Assembly: GCA_963668645.2 (NCBI GenBank)
Contig: CAXXWC010000021.1
Span: 896,001-960,000, forward strand
Length of the DNA: 64,000 bases
Reading direction: 5' to 3'
Origin: Desulfobacterales bacterium
GTDB taxonomy: Bacteria > Desulfobacterota > Desulfobacteria > Desulfobacterales > UBA2174
Within the stretch, counting starts at the first letter, position 1. Each line of letters starts with the position of its first letter. Below the pieces are notes generated by a model. It made no database searches, was not told where the DNA came from, and saw nothing but the letters and a program-made list of their open reading frames with translations. The translations under genes and the position numbers were made by a program. This document shows, piece by piece, positions 9,866-24,394 of the stretch.

Positions 9866-10356
9866 TCGTCCTCGGGGGCCCCCCAGATCGCCTGGACTTT
9901 TTTTTGCAGCACCAGCAGGGCTGCCGCTTCGGCAAGGGCCTTGTCCTTGCGATGGAGTTCTTTTTCAAGATCCCTGATACGCTTACGGTGGGTATTCTGC
10001 TCGGCCTTGAGTTTAATGTTGGCCTGTCTGTCCCAGTCGTTGGCATCTTCACAGGCCCTGCGCCATTGTTCCAACTGATGTGGATAAATGCCTTTTTGTC
10101 TACAGTATTCGGCCGTTTGCTGTTCGTTCAAAGAGGCGCTTTCCATGACAGCCGCGAACTTGTCACGGGCATTCCAGCCCTCGGGACCGGCATCGCCGTC
10201 AGGCATCAAAATCCCTTTCGTCCGGGCTTGCTGGCGCCAATTGTATAACGTGGCTTCACTTATGCCTTCTTCGACAGCCAGATGTTTGATCGTTCGGTTG
10301 TGCGGCGGCATCATCTTTTTGAGAACCGCTTCCTTACGCTCTGGTGAATATCGCAT
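9862..10356 (-). CDS. IS3 transposase OrfA (HTH)
   Basis: GISEATLYNW, coiled tail ALAEAAALLVLQKK with an A8G slippery run; ATGA overlap with OrfB. Confidence 0.9.
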   Translation of the reverse strand: MRYSPERKEAVLKKMMPPHNRTIKHLAVEEGISEATLYNWRQQARTKGILMPDGDAGPEGWNARDKFAAVMESASLNEQQTAEYCRQKGIYPHQLEQWRRACEDANDWDRQANIKLKAEQNTHRKRIRDLEKELHRKDKALAEAAALLVLQKKVQAIWGAPEDE

Positions 10357-10476
10357 GCATGAACCTCCTGCGCCCCTCTTATAAAGGATCTCAGTTCATG
10401 CGACAACTATCCTGACACAGGGGGAGGACTGGATGCCGCTGGCCGCCTGAAGGCGGTAAAACTTCGGACTGTCGAG

Positions 10477-10600
10477 CTAGTAAGTCGTCATTAGTTCTAC
10501 CAAGATAGTCAATAATAACCCCTCTAATATCAATATTGACTTCAGGATAGCTTTGAATAAGGTTTTTTAACTGCAATGCTTTTTTGAATTTTTCATTCAT
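10477..10600 (-). pseudogene. Metallophosphoesterase gene, 5' part (first 41 codons)
   Basis: MNEKFKKALQ...RTNDDLL joins in frame to DLFKYNY... at 6624 after removing the IS and one target copy; 477 aa rebuilt. Confidence 0.85.
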
Positions 10601-11205
10601 TGGATCATCTTCGCCGAAGTGTTAGACCATTTATATAAGTATAGCAAATTCCCTTGCAATAATAGTTCAAATGAAGCTATTCTACTATCATCCAAACGAC
10701 AATCTAAAACAAAAACACCCATTGGTACTACATCTTGAGATCTACAGGCCTCTATAAGTGATGAAATAGTTTCTCCATTATTAATGCCATCATCAACTAT
10801 TAATATTCTTGAAAAGTTCTTGATGAATTCTATCCCATTATTAACACCAGAAGCGGTAATCTTTCTTAATATTTCACGACTAATTGGATAGATTTTGTTC
10901 GGAGGGACTCCAATAGAATCGGCGACTAAAATAGAGAAATTGATTCCAGTATCTTCACGAACAGTAACAATAGCCTGGGGTAAAGTGTTGGGGAACCATT
11001 TCTCAAATTTATGCTTAACGACATTTTTGAGCCATTTTCTGTAATTCTTTATAATTTTTAATGTGTCTATTCGAAATATAAATTTCCTCTTTTGGGGATC
11101 AGATTCATCGCTAACTAATGCTTTGCTGTCATGGACAATCTCCCAAAAATCGAAAGGGGTTAGTTGATTGTCATCAACGTGTTGAAAATCTTCAAAGCGC
11201 TGAAC
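10597..11205 (-). pseudogene. Tandem-PRTase protein, 3' part (second PRTase domain)
   Basis: RILIVDDGINNGETI...VFVLDCR PRPP-binding loop. Confidence 0.85.
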
Positions 11206-12784
11206 GTAAGCGTTCACGGGGTAAAGGAAACCGTGGTCTGAGCTATATCCAAGACAGATCGGGCTTGTCGTTGTTGAAGAACGATTCGATGCAGAGTTCC
11301 AGGGTCTGGAAGGTTGATTTCGCTTTTAACCGACAAGTTTCCTTCAGGGAGAGGATACGTTCTACCCAGCGATTTCCTTTTTCACTTTGGGTGCCGAGGC
11401 TGCGCTTTCGCCACAAAACCCCGAAGCGAAGCGCCCGTTCGGCCCGGTTGTTGGTCGGCTCCACGCCCTCGTGTTCGATGAAGAACCAAAGCGAGTCGAT
11501 TTCGCGTAAAATCTGTCGAGCCAGCTGGCCAGCGTCGGATTTATCGGGCTCCCACAGAGACAGCGCGAACAACAGTTGTGCGTAATACTGCTGCCATTGT
11601 CGCGGCGGCGGTGGATCTTTGGCAGATTGAATCAACTGCCGAAGCAAGGATGCCATGATGTGCCCGAAGCGTCGTAGATCAGGTTTTTTCCTCTCGCACA
11701 AGGCATCGGCCTTGCGGATCAGATGGGCAAGACAAGTTTGGCGCCCATGAACCCAGTTTCGGTATAGGCCGTAGGAGTCGCTGACCAGAATTCCTCGCCA
11801 ATCCTGGATCAGCTGGTTGAAGGCATCCTTGGAACGGTGGGCATCGATACGATAGAAGGCCACCCGATCATTGACCATGGCCCACAGCCACTGAAGGCCG
11901 TTTTGGTTAAACCAGGACGTCTCGTCAATGTAATTGCACAGCGAACTGCGGGCCACGTCCCCGATGGCTTTGTATGCCGGAGTAATGGCCTCCGAAGCCC
12001 GGTCGACGATTTTCTGAATGGTGCCCGTGGCGATGGGCATACGCAGAACCGATTCGCATATATGCTTGACATCGTTTCGGCTCATCGCCTTGATGCCGCT
12101 CAACTCGGCGATCAACGCACTCAATCGCGGACCGTATCCATAGCGAACCGGCTCGGGCAGCACGGCCTTGACAGTTTTCCCACAGCTGGGACAGTCGCAG
12201 CGGTGAAGTATAAAATGGCTGATCTCCATTTGGATTTCGGGCAGCTCGATATGCTGATGGGTATAAAACGGTTCCATCCGGCTTCCTCCGAAGTCGGTGT
12301 TGCCGCAACGACAGCGTTCGGGCATCAACGCATGAGATTTATTTGGACTCAGCATTTGCTGCTTGTAGGCCTTATGGCCTTTCTGGCCGCCCTTGGGGCG
12401 ACTTCCTTTTTTTCCATTCTTCCGGCCGGATCGGTCAAACGGGCTGTCGGATGACGGCGGCTTGCTGGAGTTTCGAGAATTTTCCCGGGTCTTCACCTCC
12501 AGCTTTTCGATTCGCTTGCCGTAATCGTCAACTTGCTTCTGCAGATTATGCAAAGCCTGCTCGAGGTAAAGGATATAGTGCCGGACAGGTTCCGGCGTAA
12601 GATGCCATTCAAGGTCTGTGAAGGGTCTTTTCGTCTCCATGGAAAAGAGCCTATCACACTAGAAAACGAATGTCTAGATTTTTTTAACAATTTCAATACT
12701 TTATGTCATAATGTATCTTTCTCTTGTGAATTCAGCATGTTAGACTTCGGAATTGTAACTCCGGGATACCCCGTGAACGCTTAC
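11206..12784 (-). mobile_element. IS66-family element with a single ORF (ISBst12-like organisation)
   Basis: Perfect 18-bp inverted repeat GTAAGCGTTCACGGGGTA; 8-bp target duplication CGCTGAAC at 11198-11205 and 12785-12792. Confidence 0.95.
11243..12640 (-). CDS. IS66 transposase
   Basis: NSSKPPSSD, YIDETSW, LVSDSY, QTCLAHLIR, PTNNRAERALR. Confidence 0.95.
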   Translation of the reverse strand: METKRPFTDLEWHLTPEPVRHYILYLEQALHNLQKQVDDYGKRIEKLEVKTRENSRNSSKPPSSDSPFDRSGRKNGKKGSRPKGGQKGHKAYKQQMLSPNKSHALMPERCRCGNTDFGGSRMEPFYTHQHIELPEIQMEISHFILHRCDCPSCGKTVKAVLPEPVRYGYGPRLSALIAELSGIKAMSRNDVKHICESVLRMPIATGTIQKIVDRASEAITPAYKAIGDVARSSLCNYIDETSWFNQNGLQWLWAMVNDRVAFYRIDAHRSKDAFNQLIQDWRGILVSDSYGLYRNWVHGRQTCLAHLIRKADALCERKKPDLRRFGHIMASLLRQLIQSAKDPPPPRQWQQYYAQLLFALSLWEPDKSDAGQLARQILREIDSLWFFIEHEGVEPTNNRAERALRFGVLWRKRSLGTQSEKGNRWVERILSLKETCRLKAKSTFQTLELCIESFFNNDKPDLSWI

Positions 12785-14004
12785 CGCTGAACATCTATAA
12801 TTGGTTGTTTTAATTTGCAGAGTAAGCATAAGTTTTCATCAGCAGGATAGTGGTCGCGTTTGATAGTGATAGCGGTATAGATTTCGTGGCCACTTGGCAA
12901 TTTAGTGTCAGAACTCCTCATTGCAGCAATAGAAAAAATCTTAATCGGGATATTGTGTTCATTAAAATTACTTAACTTATCTAGAAATTTCTTTATAGTG
13001 TTCCCAGAATTAATAATATCAGTCAGTATGAGTACCAGATCCGAATTTTCTATGTGGCGCTTAATTTCATAAGTTTCCATGTGGCGGCCAGTTAATGGCT
13101 CATATTTCCTATTATCAGGTTCTGATGCTACAAATTTGTATCCTAAATGATCAATTGAAGCGTTCTCAAGTCCAATTCCAAAAACAGTAATTCTTTGTCC
13201 ATCATATACCAAGGACTTTAAACGAGATAGTAAATCCTGAGATATTCTATCGCGCGTCACAAAATCGAATAAATCATAGTGAGTTCTTGCATGTGAGGAT
13301 TGTAAATTAAAATGACCAATATAACTATTAGTTTCAAATACAAGAGCACGGTACAGATCTTTTTTGGTAAAATTCAATATTTTATTGAAATTTGGTTCGG
13401 GGATTTCAACTTCCGAGACAAATTCGCCACCTTTGAAGAGTATCGCCCTCCTGTTATATCCAATAATATATATTTCATTAGGAAAGTTACCAGATTTTAA
13501 CAAATAACGAAATCTATTTGATTTTACAAAAGAATCAGTATTCCTCGTAAAAACAGTTATGGATATTTCTTTATAAGAAGTATCCTTCTCTCTAATAGCG
13601 GTATATAATCCATAGGAGATCTTATCAGCTAAGGTTCTTGATATTGTGAAGGGCAGTAGATTTAATGAAATATTTCTTATTGGCAGATCATTTTCTGATT
13701 TCTGATTGCTCAATAAAAAGTCATCAAGACCTTTGAGGCACCGAAGTGTAAACTCTGAAATAAACTCATCAAGGGGGGCTTCGAAATCATATAAAGAAGC
13801 TGAGATATCTACTATACTTACAGTCGTCCGGTCACTAATTATTCCCGCGCTCAGAAAAAGATCCACCACGCCATCTTTATTTCTTGTTTGGGCCATCCAA
13901 CTCGAAGCATGCGCTTCTGAAATTCCATATTTCCTTAACAAAAACAATTGTTCAATCGAATAGTCGAAATCAAAAATAGCACAGTATTCCATTGAGTATT
14001 TCAC
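12785..14004 (-). pseudogene. Tandem-PRTase protein, 5' part (N-terminal region plus first PRTase-like domain)
   Basis: GHFNLQSSHARTHYD hood-like motif and VLILTDIINSGNTI; joins in frame (IDVQR|FEDFQH) to 11197; 606 aa rebuilt. Confidence 0.85.
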
Positions 14005-15302
14005 GCTTTAGTAGGAATAGATATTCGAATCAAATTGCCTTCCCATGGACAGTCATATGGACTATCTTCATAGCCATTTTTCCCACCACGATAAACAAGC
14101 TTAACTCCATCTGAAATGATAAATAAATTTCCTTTGAAAGTTTCAAGAGTATCTTCTTTGATATATGTAAGACCCCATCCCCGCTTTTTAAAGTTATCAG
14201 GATCAGAAAAGTACATCCGAGTAATCCCAGGGCTTGTTGCAAAATCAATTATATTTGAAATCGCTTTTGCATTCTTAGTGTTCATACTGTCATCAGCGCC
14301 CAAGTCTTTCTCTGCCAAAATTAAATTGCGCGAGTATATATCGGGAAGTTTTTCAATGGGAAATATAAATTTTATTCTTTCTTTCTTAGCAAATTCCAAG
14401 AACACCTTATAAATTGTAGATGGTATAGATTTTCCGTTATCAGCAATTGCCAAAATGAGCTCATTTGAATTTCCCATTTTTGAAATGGATAGCATGCCAA
14501 TTGTCGCATCGGGATGCTCTAAAACATTTAAAAGTGATTCAAGAACAAGATGCCCTGAAAATTGAGATGCCTTTAATTTTTCAATAGCGCACTGGTTAAC
14601 AAGGATATCTTCTATCGTTGATCTTTCAAAACTTTTTATACAGTCAGCGATCAAATTTTCATCGACAGATCTAATCCCTGGATAATTAACGTTAGATAAA
14701 TTCCAAATATGAGCAAGTCTTCTAGACACTAATTGTTCAGTTAAACCGTCTCTTTTTATATTTGATGATTTATAATATTTCTGATTTGTACTTACAAAAT
14801 AATCGTATTGACTTTCAACCAATAAACTACTAATGTCGCTTACAATATTATTCAGACCAAGATCGAATCTCCAGCGTCTCAAATAATCAGCACTTTGTTG
14901 AAATTCATCTATTTCACGGCTTGTTGTCCCATTTTTAGGATCTGGTAATCTTAGCTTGAATGAGACCCCGCTTTTTTTGTAAAAATGCAATCCAATAATC
15001 AGCCACAGAATAGCTGAAATATCCCACACTTTCACATCGGAGAAATCCAAAATGTAGGTTGTTTGCTGATCTTTATCTATTTTCTCATTGAACAATGGGG
15101 TTATCTGTTTGCCAGCAAAAAAAGATAGCTGGGTTAATCCAAAAAAACCAGATCGTGTTTGGACCCTGATAGACCTTTCTTCTGGAATAAATAATTGCCT
15201 ATAGGTACTCTTTGGACATTTTGCAGATGGTGACATATCCATTATCCGAAGTATGAAATAATAAAAAAGACTCTTTAGTAAAAAGCCAAATTTTGAAATC
15301 AT
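14001..15302 (-). CDS. STAS-like + GHKL/HATPase domain protein (true start may be 15242)
   Basis: YILDFSDVKVWDISAILWL (STAS-like); ESLLNVLEH, IADNGKSI, PGITR, RGWGL, WEGNLIRI (N, D/G1, G2, G3 boxes). Confidence 0.8.
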   Translation of the reverse strand: MISKFGFLLKSLFYYFILRIMDMSPSAKCPKSTYRQLFIPEERSIRVQTRSGFFGLTQLSFFAGKQITPLFNEKIDKDQQTTYILDFSDVKVWDISAILWLIIGLHFYKKSGVSFKLRLPDPKNGTTSREIDEFQQSADYLRRWRFDLGLNNIVSDISSLLVESQYDYFVSTNQKYYKSSNIKRDGLTEQLVSRRLAHIWNLSNVNYPGIRSVDENLIADCIKSFERSTIEDILVNQCAIEKLKASQFSGHLVLESLLNVLEHPDATIGMLSISKMGNSNELILAIADNGKSIPSTIYKVFLEFAKKERIKFIFPIEKLPDIYSRNLILAEKDLGADDSMNTKNAKAISNIIDFATSPGITRMYFSDPDNFKKRGWGLTYIKEDTLETFKGNLFIISDGVKLVYRGGKNGYEDSPYDCPWEGNLIRISIPTKA

Positions 15303-15379
15303 ACATCACTGTAACAGGCTGAAATCATAAAGTCCGAAATTGAGAAAATGGCGTTTTTCGGACCTTTTACGAGCGTATC
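15269..15379. mobile_element. Possible ~110-bp MITE/IS-end remnant
   Basis: Imperfect inverted ends ..GTAAAAAGCC / GGACCTTTTAC..; no ORF. Confidence 0.3.
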
Positions 15380-15829
15380 AAATAAAAATAGTTTAGATAG
15401 AACACAAGAATTTCTTTTGTCAATAATTTTAATATACAATTCATCCATGCAACAATATGTTGTACATTGCAGGCATATGAGCGCAAGATATAGATAGTAT
15501 TCTTCAAAAACAAATCAAATTAGGCCTGCTTAAGAGATGATAAGCACCTAATTACTGAGAAACTAATCTAGTAGGCTCCCGTTATCTGATTACGTGCATT
15601 AAGCATCTAACAAACCAATCCGCTGCTTACTACCGGCAATCATCATTTACGGCTCTTCCGGGCAGAATTTTACGCCCTCGCAAACAAACACAAAACCCCA
15701 TCCGTCTGTTTCATGGCATTTGGGGTGTTTGGGTGCAATGCCCACAGCTCCTCCAGTTTTGAGTTCACTCAGGTATTGAAGCCATACCAAAGTATCGGAG
15801 GCTACGTCAAATCAAAAGTTCCGCCATAG

Positions 15830-16168
15830 TGCACTCGCGAACGCCCACCGTACCTGTTCACGCTATAGCCGTGATGCAGCCTCCCTGCTCGGCGCACTGA
15901 TCCGCGAAGCGCACACCGAAGGCAAACTAACCGTCCAGAAACTGGCCGACCGCGCCGGCATTTCCAGAGGCCTGCTGCAACGCATTGAAAAATCAGCCTC
16001 AAATGCGAAATCCACGCCGTGTTCGAAGCGCCAACCATCGCCGGGATCAGGCGCTTCGATGCCGATGACCGCATGCTGGCGCAATACCAGCGTCAAACCA
16101 AGGGAGAGCTCGCGCTCCTGCCAAAGTCCGTCCATAAGAAATCCAAGGTGGTGCGCAATGACTTCTAA
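15830..16168 (+). pseudogene. Frameshifted XRE/HipB-like antitoxin remnant
   Basis: YSRDAASLLGALIREA..KLTVQKLADRAGISRGLLQRIEK / LKCEIHAVFE...LALLPKSVHKKSKVVRNDF*; overlapping ATGACTTCT may be the stub of a lost partner gene. Confidence 0.7.
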
Positions 16169-16336
16169 CGCTATGAATCGTTTTTCTGAAAATAAGGGAG
16201 TGCAGCGTCGTCGGCTGGTCACCGATACCACTGCCCGCAATACGATAAGGGCAATCTCCGGCAACTTTTCGAAGCTGAAACAATTCCGGATCCAACCGGC
16301 CGCCGGCATCCGGGGCTTTCAGATACGGATACCTCG

Positions 16337-16939
<603 letters not shown>

Positions 16940-16940
16940 G

Positions 16941-20495
<3,555 letters not shown>

Positions 20496-20689
20496 AACGT
20501 TACGGCTTCGATACCGATGGGGATCCTTTCAAAAACAAAACCTTCCGGCTGTTTCCATCCGAGGCCATGCACCGGGTCATTGAAAATGACTGGCACATGC
20601 CGTTTTTCATTTTTATCAAAGATACTTCTCCTTAGGGGGTTCCTGCAACACCGATTTCGCGTGGTGATAGCCGTGCGCCTGATGCGGTG

Positions 20690-21209
20690 GCAATCCGATT
20701 TGCTCCACCCGATCCGGGACAGCCACTGGGCTGCCTCCCGGACGATTTCCGGTCCGACACCCATGATGCACAGCCCTTCGAGAACGGTGGCGTGCGGGCA
20801 CAGCCGCCTGATGTCGGCAACGGTCCGCCCCTTGCCACCGCCGCCGTGGGTGACGAACGGGGCGATGGTCTTGCCGGAAAAATCGTGGCCGGTCGGGGAA
20901 GGCCTGCACCGGTGGGGCGATGGTGCTCCATCAGTTCGGTAAGCCGACGAAGATGGTGTCGCAGGGCGCGATCGATGCGACCGTCGTCACCAGGGCCGGC
21001 ATGAATCCGGTCTGAAGCTCCTGTTTGGCCTGTTTCACTACCGCATCGTAGTCGCGGCGGTTGGGCGCCCGGGGCTGGATTTCGACGATGTCGCCGCCGG
21101 TCGCCGCCTGGATCCGGCCGGCCAAAGCGCGCGTGTTGCCGGAGTGCGAGTAGAAGATGACCATGGCCTTTGCCGCGTCGCCGGATGCCTGTTTTGCCGC
21201 TACGTTCAT
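20690..21209 (-). pseudogene. Flavodoxin pseudogene
   Basis: FYSHSGNT...IFVGLPN*WSTIAPPV (in-frame TGA), then frameshift to DFSGKTIAPFVTHGGGG. Confidence 0.8.
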
Positions 21210-21499
21210 TTTGTCACCGTTGCGTCTGGGCTTTTTCGTTTGCCCGATCCTCCTTGGGGGGATCGGCCTTGTCCGTGCCCCGCGACCGCCGCGCATCCCT
21301 TCCTGGACCCAACGAAACCGGCGGCCGCAGGGTATTTTCATGCCGTGCATCAAGCATTTCGAAGCGTATCCATACCCTGAAATTCCGATCGGCCGGTAGA
21401 CCGATCCTGCGCGATACTTGCCCGGTCGGACAAACTTTGCGGCGGGGATTTGCCGGCCTGTGCCGGGGCGCGGCGGCCGGCAACGAAAGCATCGATGGC

Positions 21500-22381
21500 T
21501 CACATTGAACGATTGGCCTGCATCGTGTGATTGGATATGGCGTCGACTAGGGTTGGCCAGGCTTCTTTGGGCAGGTCGTGGCCCATTCCTTCAACGATCA
21601 TTAATTTTGCTCCCGGTATCAACCGTGCGGTTTCCCTGCCGCCTTCCAGGGACATGAACGGGTCCTTGTCGCCATGGATGACGAGGGTCGGGGCTTTGAT
21701 CGATGCGATCGATTCCCGGGGGTAGCCGTGGGCAAGGACGGCCGCGCTCTGGCGGGCCATGCCTTGGGGGTAATACGAACGGTCGTAGCTTTCGGCCATG
21801 ATAGACCGTAGCCGTTCTTCGTCGAATGGAAAGCCAGGACTCCAGAGCTTTTTCCACATCCCCACGTAATGCTCGACATAAGCTTCGCGTTCGTTCGGAA
21901 CAGGTTTATAGACTTCGGCCAGGATATCCGGCGCTATTTGCGGAAGTTCAGGATTCCCGGTGCTCGACATGATGGACGTCAGGCTCAGGACACGTTCGCA
22001 ATGCCGATACGAAACGACCTGGGCGATCATACCACCCACGGACGCGCCGCAGATATGCGCTTTTTCAATGCCCAGGGCATCGAGCAGCCCAACGGCATCG
22101 TCCGCCATATCCGCAAGGGTGTAAGCCGGGATTACCGGTTCACCTTTCATTGCCGCCAGCATATCGGGAATGCCGGCGTTTTCGAACTTTGTCGACAAGC
22201 CGACGTCTCGGTTGTCGAAGCGGATTACAAGGTGCCCTCTTTGGGCCAACAGTTCGCAGAACCCGACTTCCCAGTAAATCATCTGGCTCCCGCCGCCCAT
22301 GATCAACAATAATGCGGGAGATGATCTGTCGCCGAAAGTATCGTACTCGATTTGGATCCCATTGGCGGTTACATTTGGCAT
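21500..22381 (-). CDS. Alpha/beta fold hydrolase
   Basis: FDNRDVGLS, GASVGG nucleophile elbow, HGDKDP, GMGHD. Confidence 0.93.
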   Translation of the reverse strand: MPNVTANGIQIEYDTFGDRSSPALLLIMGGGSQMIYWEVGFCELLAQRGHLVIRFDNRDVGLSTKFENAGIPDMLAAMKGEPVIPAYTLADMADDAVGLLDALGIEKAHICGASVGGMIAQVVSYRHCERVLSLTSIMSSTGNPELPQIAPDILAEVYKPVPNEREAYVEHYVGMWKKLWSPGFPFDEERLRSIMAESYDRSYYPQGMARQSAAVLAHGYPRESIASIKAPTLVIHGDKDPFMSLEGGRETARLIPGAKLMIVEGMGHDLPKEAWPTLVDAISNHTMQANRSM

Positions 22382-22599
22382 GGCATTTTCCGTCCCATGG
22401 CGTGGTTCTCGTTCGCTTTCGCCCCCTGAAGGACCACAGAAAGAGGCCTTTCAGATTTTATAGCATAATATCAGCGTAATTCTTGCAAGTCAACACAACA
22501 AACCATTGATTACAATATATATATTTGTTGCAAGGCACGAGACGGGTATGGCATAAACGTCCATATCGCAGAATCGATTCCCGGCAAATGGACGATGCG

Positions 22600-23233
22600 A
22601 GTCCCCTTCGCAGATTTTCGCTGCGGGGTAGCCCCAGTGTTCGAAGTAGGCGCCGACCCCCAGGGGGCAGACCACCTGTTTGACCTTCGATAGAATCGCG
22701 GTCACCGTCGCATGGTCCAGGTGATCCCAGTGGCCGTGGGAGACGAGCAGAAGGTCGATTGGCGGCATGTCTTCGGCGCCGTAGATGCTGGTGCCGGAAA
22801 AGGCCGTGTTCATGAACGAAAAAGGTGCCGCGTAGTCGCTGAAAACCGGGTCGACCAGAATCCGTTTGCCGCTGATCTGGGCGAACCAGGAGGAATGGCC
22901 CAGCCAGACCACGGTATCGGCGTCGGGGGCCAGCGCCTTCAAGTCCGTTTTCACGGCCGGCAGCGGCGTATCCGGCGCCAGCCGCGCGCTCCTGTCAAAA
23001 TAGATACTCCAGAGCACCGAGACCATCCCGACGTCCTGCGAAAACTTCGGCGTGGGGATCTCGTTGTGGAACTTTCCGTCCCTGTAACTGGGCGACCGTT
23101 CGATACGGGCGAGCCGATCGCCCTGCGGCAGCGCCCCGAACCGGGGGTGCTTGACGACGGCGCAGGCGGCCAGAAAAAGGCAGATCGCGGCAGCAGCCAG
23201 ACAACCGAGTGATAGATACAGCGTTGCTTTCAT
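22600..23233 (-). pseudogene. MBL-fold metallo-hydrolase (RomA/NAPE-PLD-like), 3'-truncated
   Basis: WLGHSS, LVDPVFS, SHGHWDHLD; homology stops after about 210 aa and runs into AT-rich sequence. Confidence 0.75.
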
Positions 23234-23262
23234 ATTTCGCCCGTCACTGTCGCCGAGAGTTT

Positions 23263-23488
23263 CTATGCGGCTTTCCCCATGGTGTACGCCTGGTTCATGG
23301 CCTGGGTACCCTTGACAGCGCCGGCGTCCCAGACGCCGGTTCTGGATCTTCTCGACATCGTGGCCGGCCTCGATCGCGCCTCGCACGAATTCATCGCAGA
23401 GAAGATCTGAGTTGCCGCCCTTTTTGGGATTTGCCGACACCAGGAGTACCTTCTTACTCGTGGCGTTTCTGGGTTGTGGTTTGTCATT
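23263..23488 (-). pseudogene. NADPH-dependent FMN reductase/flavodoxin-like remnant with internal deletion
   Basis: SANPKKGGNSDLLCDEFVRGAIEAGHDVEKI joined directly to the C-terminal GVWDAGAVKGTQAMNQAYTMGK. Confidence 0.75.
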
Positions 23489-23611
23489 TCAATTCGATCC
23501 TGAGGAAAATCCGGGCATCGAGCGTATCCATGACCGAAAGGGCCGCGTTGATCCTGCCGAGGGTCACAAGATTGCCGAACTGCTGGGAGACCTCCTGTCG
23601 TCGGTGCGGCC

Positions 23612-24346
23612 CCATGCCACAAGGTCGGTTTCCTGGGCGGCGAGAAGTTCCGGTACGACGCGCGTCACTATCTTGTGACCTCAGTGACCATGCCGTTCGA
23701 ATGCGAATCCTTTGGCAGTCCGGAAGAACCCTTGCGCGGTCTTTACATCGACATCGACATGGCTCAGCTCCATGACCTGATCGGCCGCCTGGGCCTGCAG
23801 GCGAATATCCGCAGCGTCGGAGACAAAGGGTTGTCCCGCGGGATCGGTCCCGCTGTCATGGACGCGGATATGGCGGATGCAATGACGCGGCTGGTCAAGT
23901 GCCTGCAATCCGACGCGGAGGCCCAGATCCTGGGCCCCGGTCTGGTGCGCGAGGTCCTGTACCGGGCCCTTTGCGGCACCCAGGCACCGGTGCTCTATTC
24001 GCTGGCCACAAAAAGTGGCACGTTTTCCCAGGTGGCCCGAGTGTTGAAAGTGATGCAGAGCGATTATGCGAAAAAACTCGACATGCCGCGTTTGGCCGAT
24101 ACGGCCCGCATGAGCGCCTCGGCGTTCCACCGGGCCTTCAAGGAGATCACATCGGACTCTCCCATGCAGTACCTGAAGAAAATCCGGTTGACCAAGGCAA
24201 GGGATATAATGGTGAATGAAAGTCTGAAGGCCTACATTGCGGCGGACAGGGTGGGGTATGAGAGCACCTCCCAGTTCAGCAGCGAGTTCAAGCGCTACTT
24301 TGGGCAAAGCCCTGCAGAGATGATGCGCGATGTGCGGGCCGCATAA
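23612..24346 (+). pseudogene. AraC-family regulator, 5'-truncated
   Basis: HKVGFLGGEKFRYDARHYLVTSVTMPFECE...MSASAFHRAFK...VGYESTSQFSSEFKRYFG; no start for the missing N-terminus. Confidence 0.8.
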
Positions 24347-24394
24347 TATATCCAAAGCGGCATTTTTCCCCTTAAGAATAAGGGGGCGTGGCGC

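Larger units (their letters stand above)
8576..10424 (-). mobile_element. IS3-family insertion sequence nested in the IS701-like element
   Basis: Inverted repeats TGTCAAGGTAGATGTCGC / GCGACAACTATCCTGACA; 5-bp target duplication AGGAC at 8571-8575 and 10425-10429. Confidence 0.9.
6632..10476 (+). mobile_element. IS701-like (DDE) insertion sequence, ~2.0 kb excluding the nested IS3
   Basis: Terminal inverted repeats CTCGACAGTCCAAAGTT / AACTTCGGACTGTCGAG; 7-bp target duplication CTAGTAA at 6625-6631 and 10477-10483; family call tentative. Confidence 0.85.

Noticed and set aside
20929..20933. In-frame TGA in the flavodoxin as selenocysteine or recoding
   Set aside because: The position corresponds to Trp (PNWW motif) and a frameshift follows, so it is simple decay.
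23490..23610. Possible C-terminal remnant of a cyclophilin-like gene (NLVTLGRI...IELK*)
   Set aside because: Too short to assign without a search.
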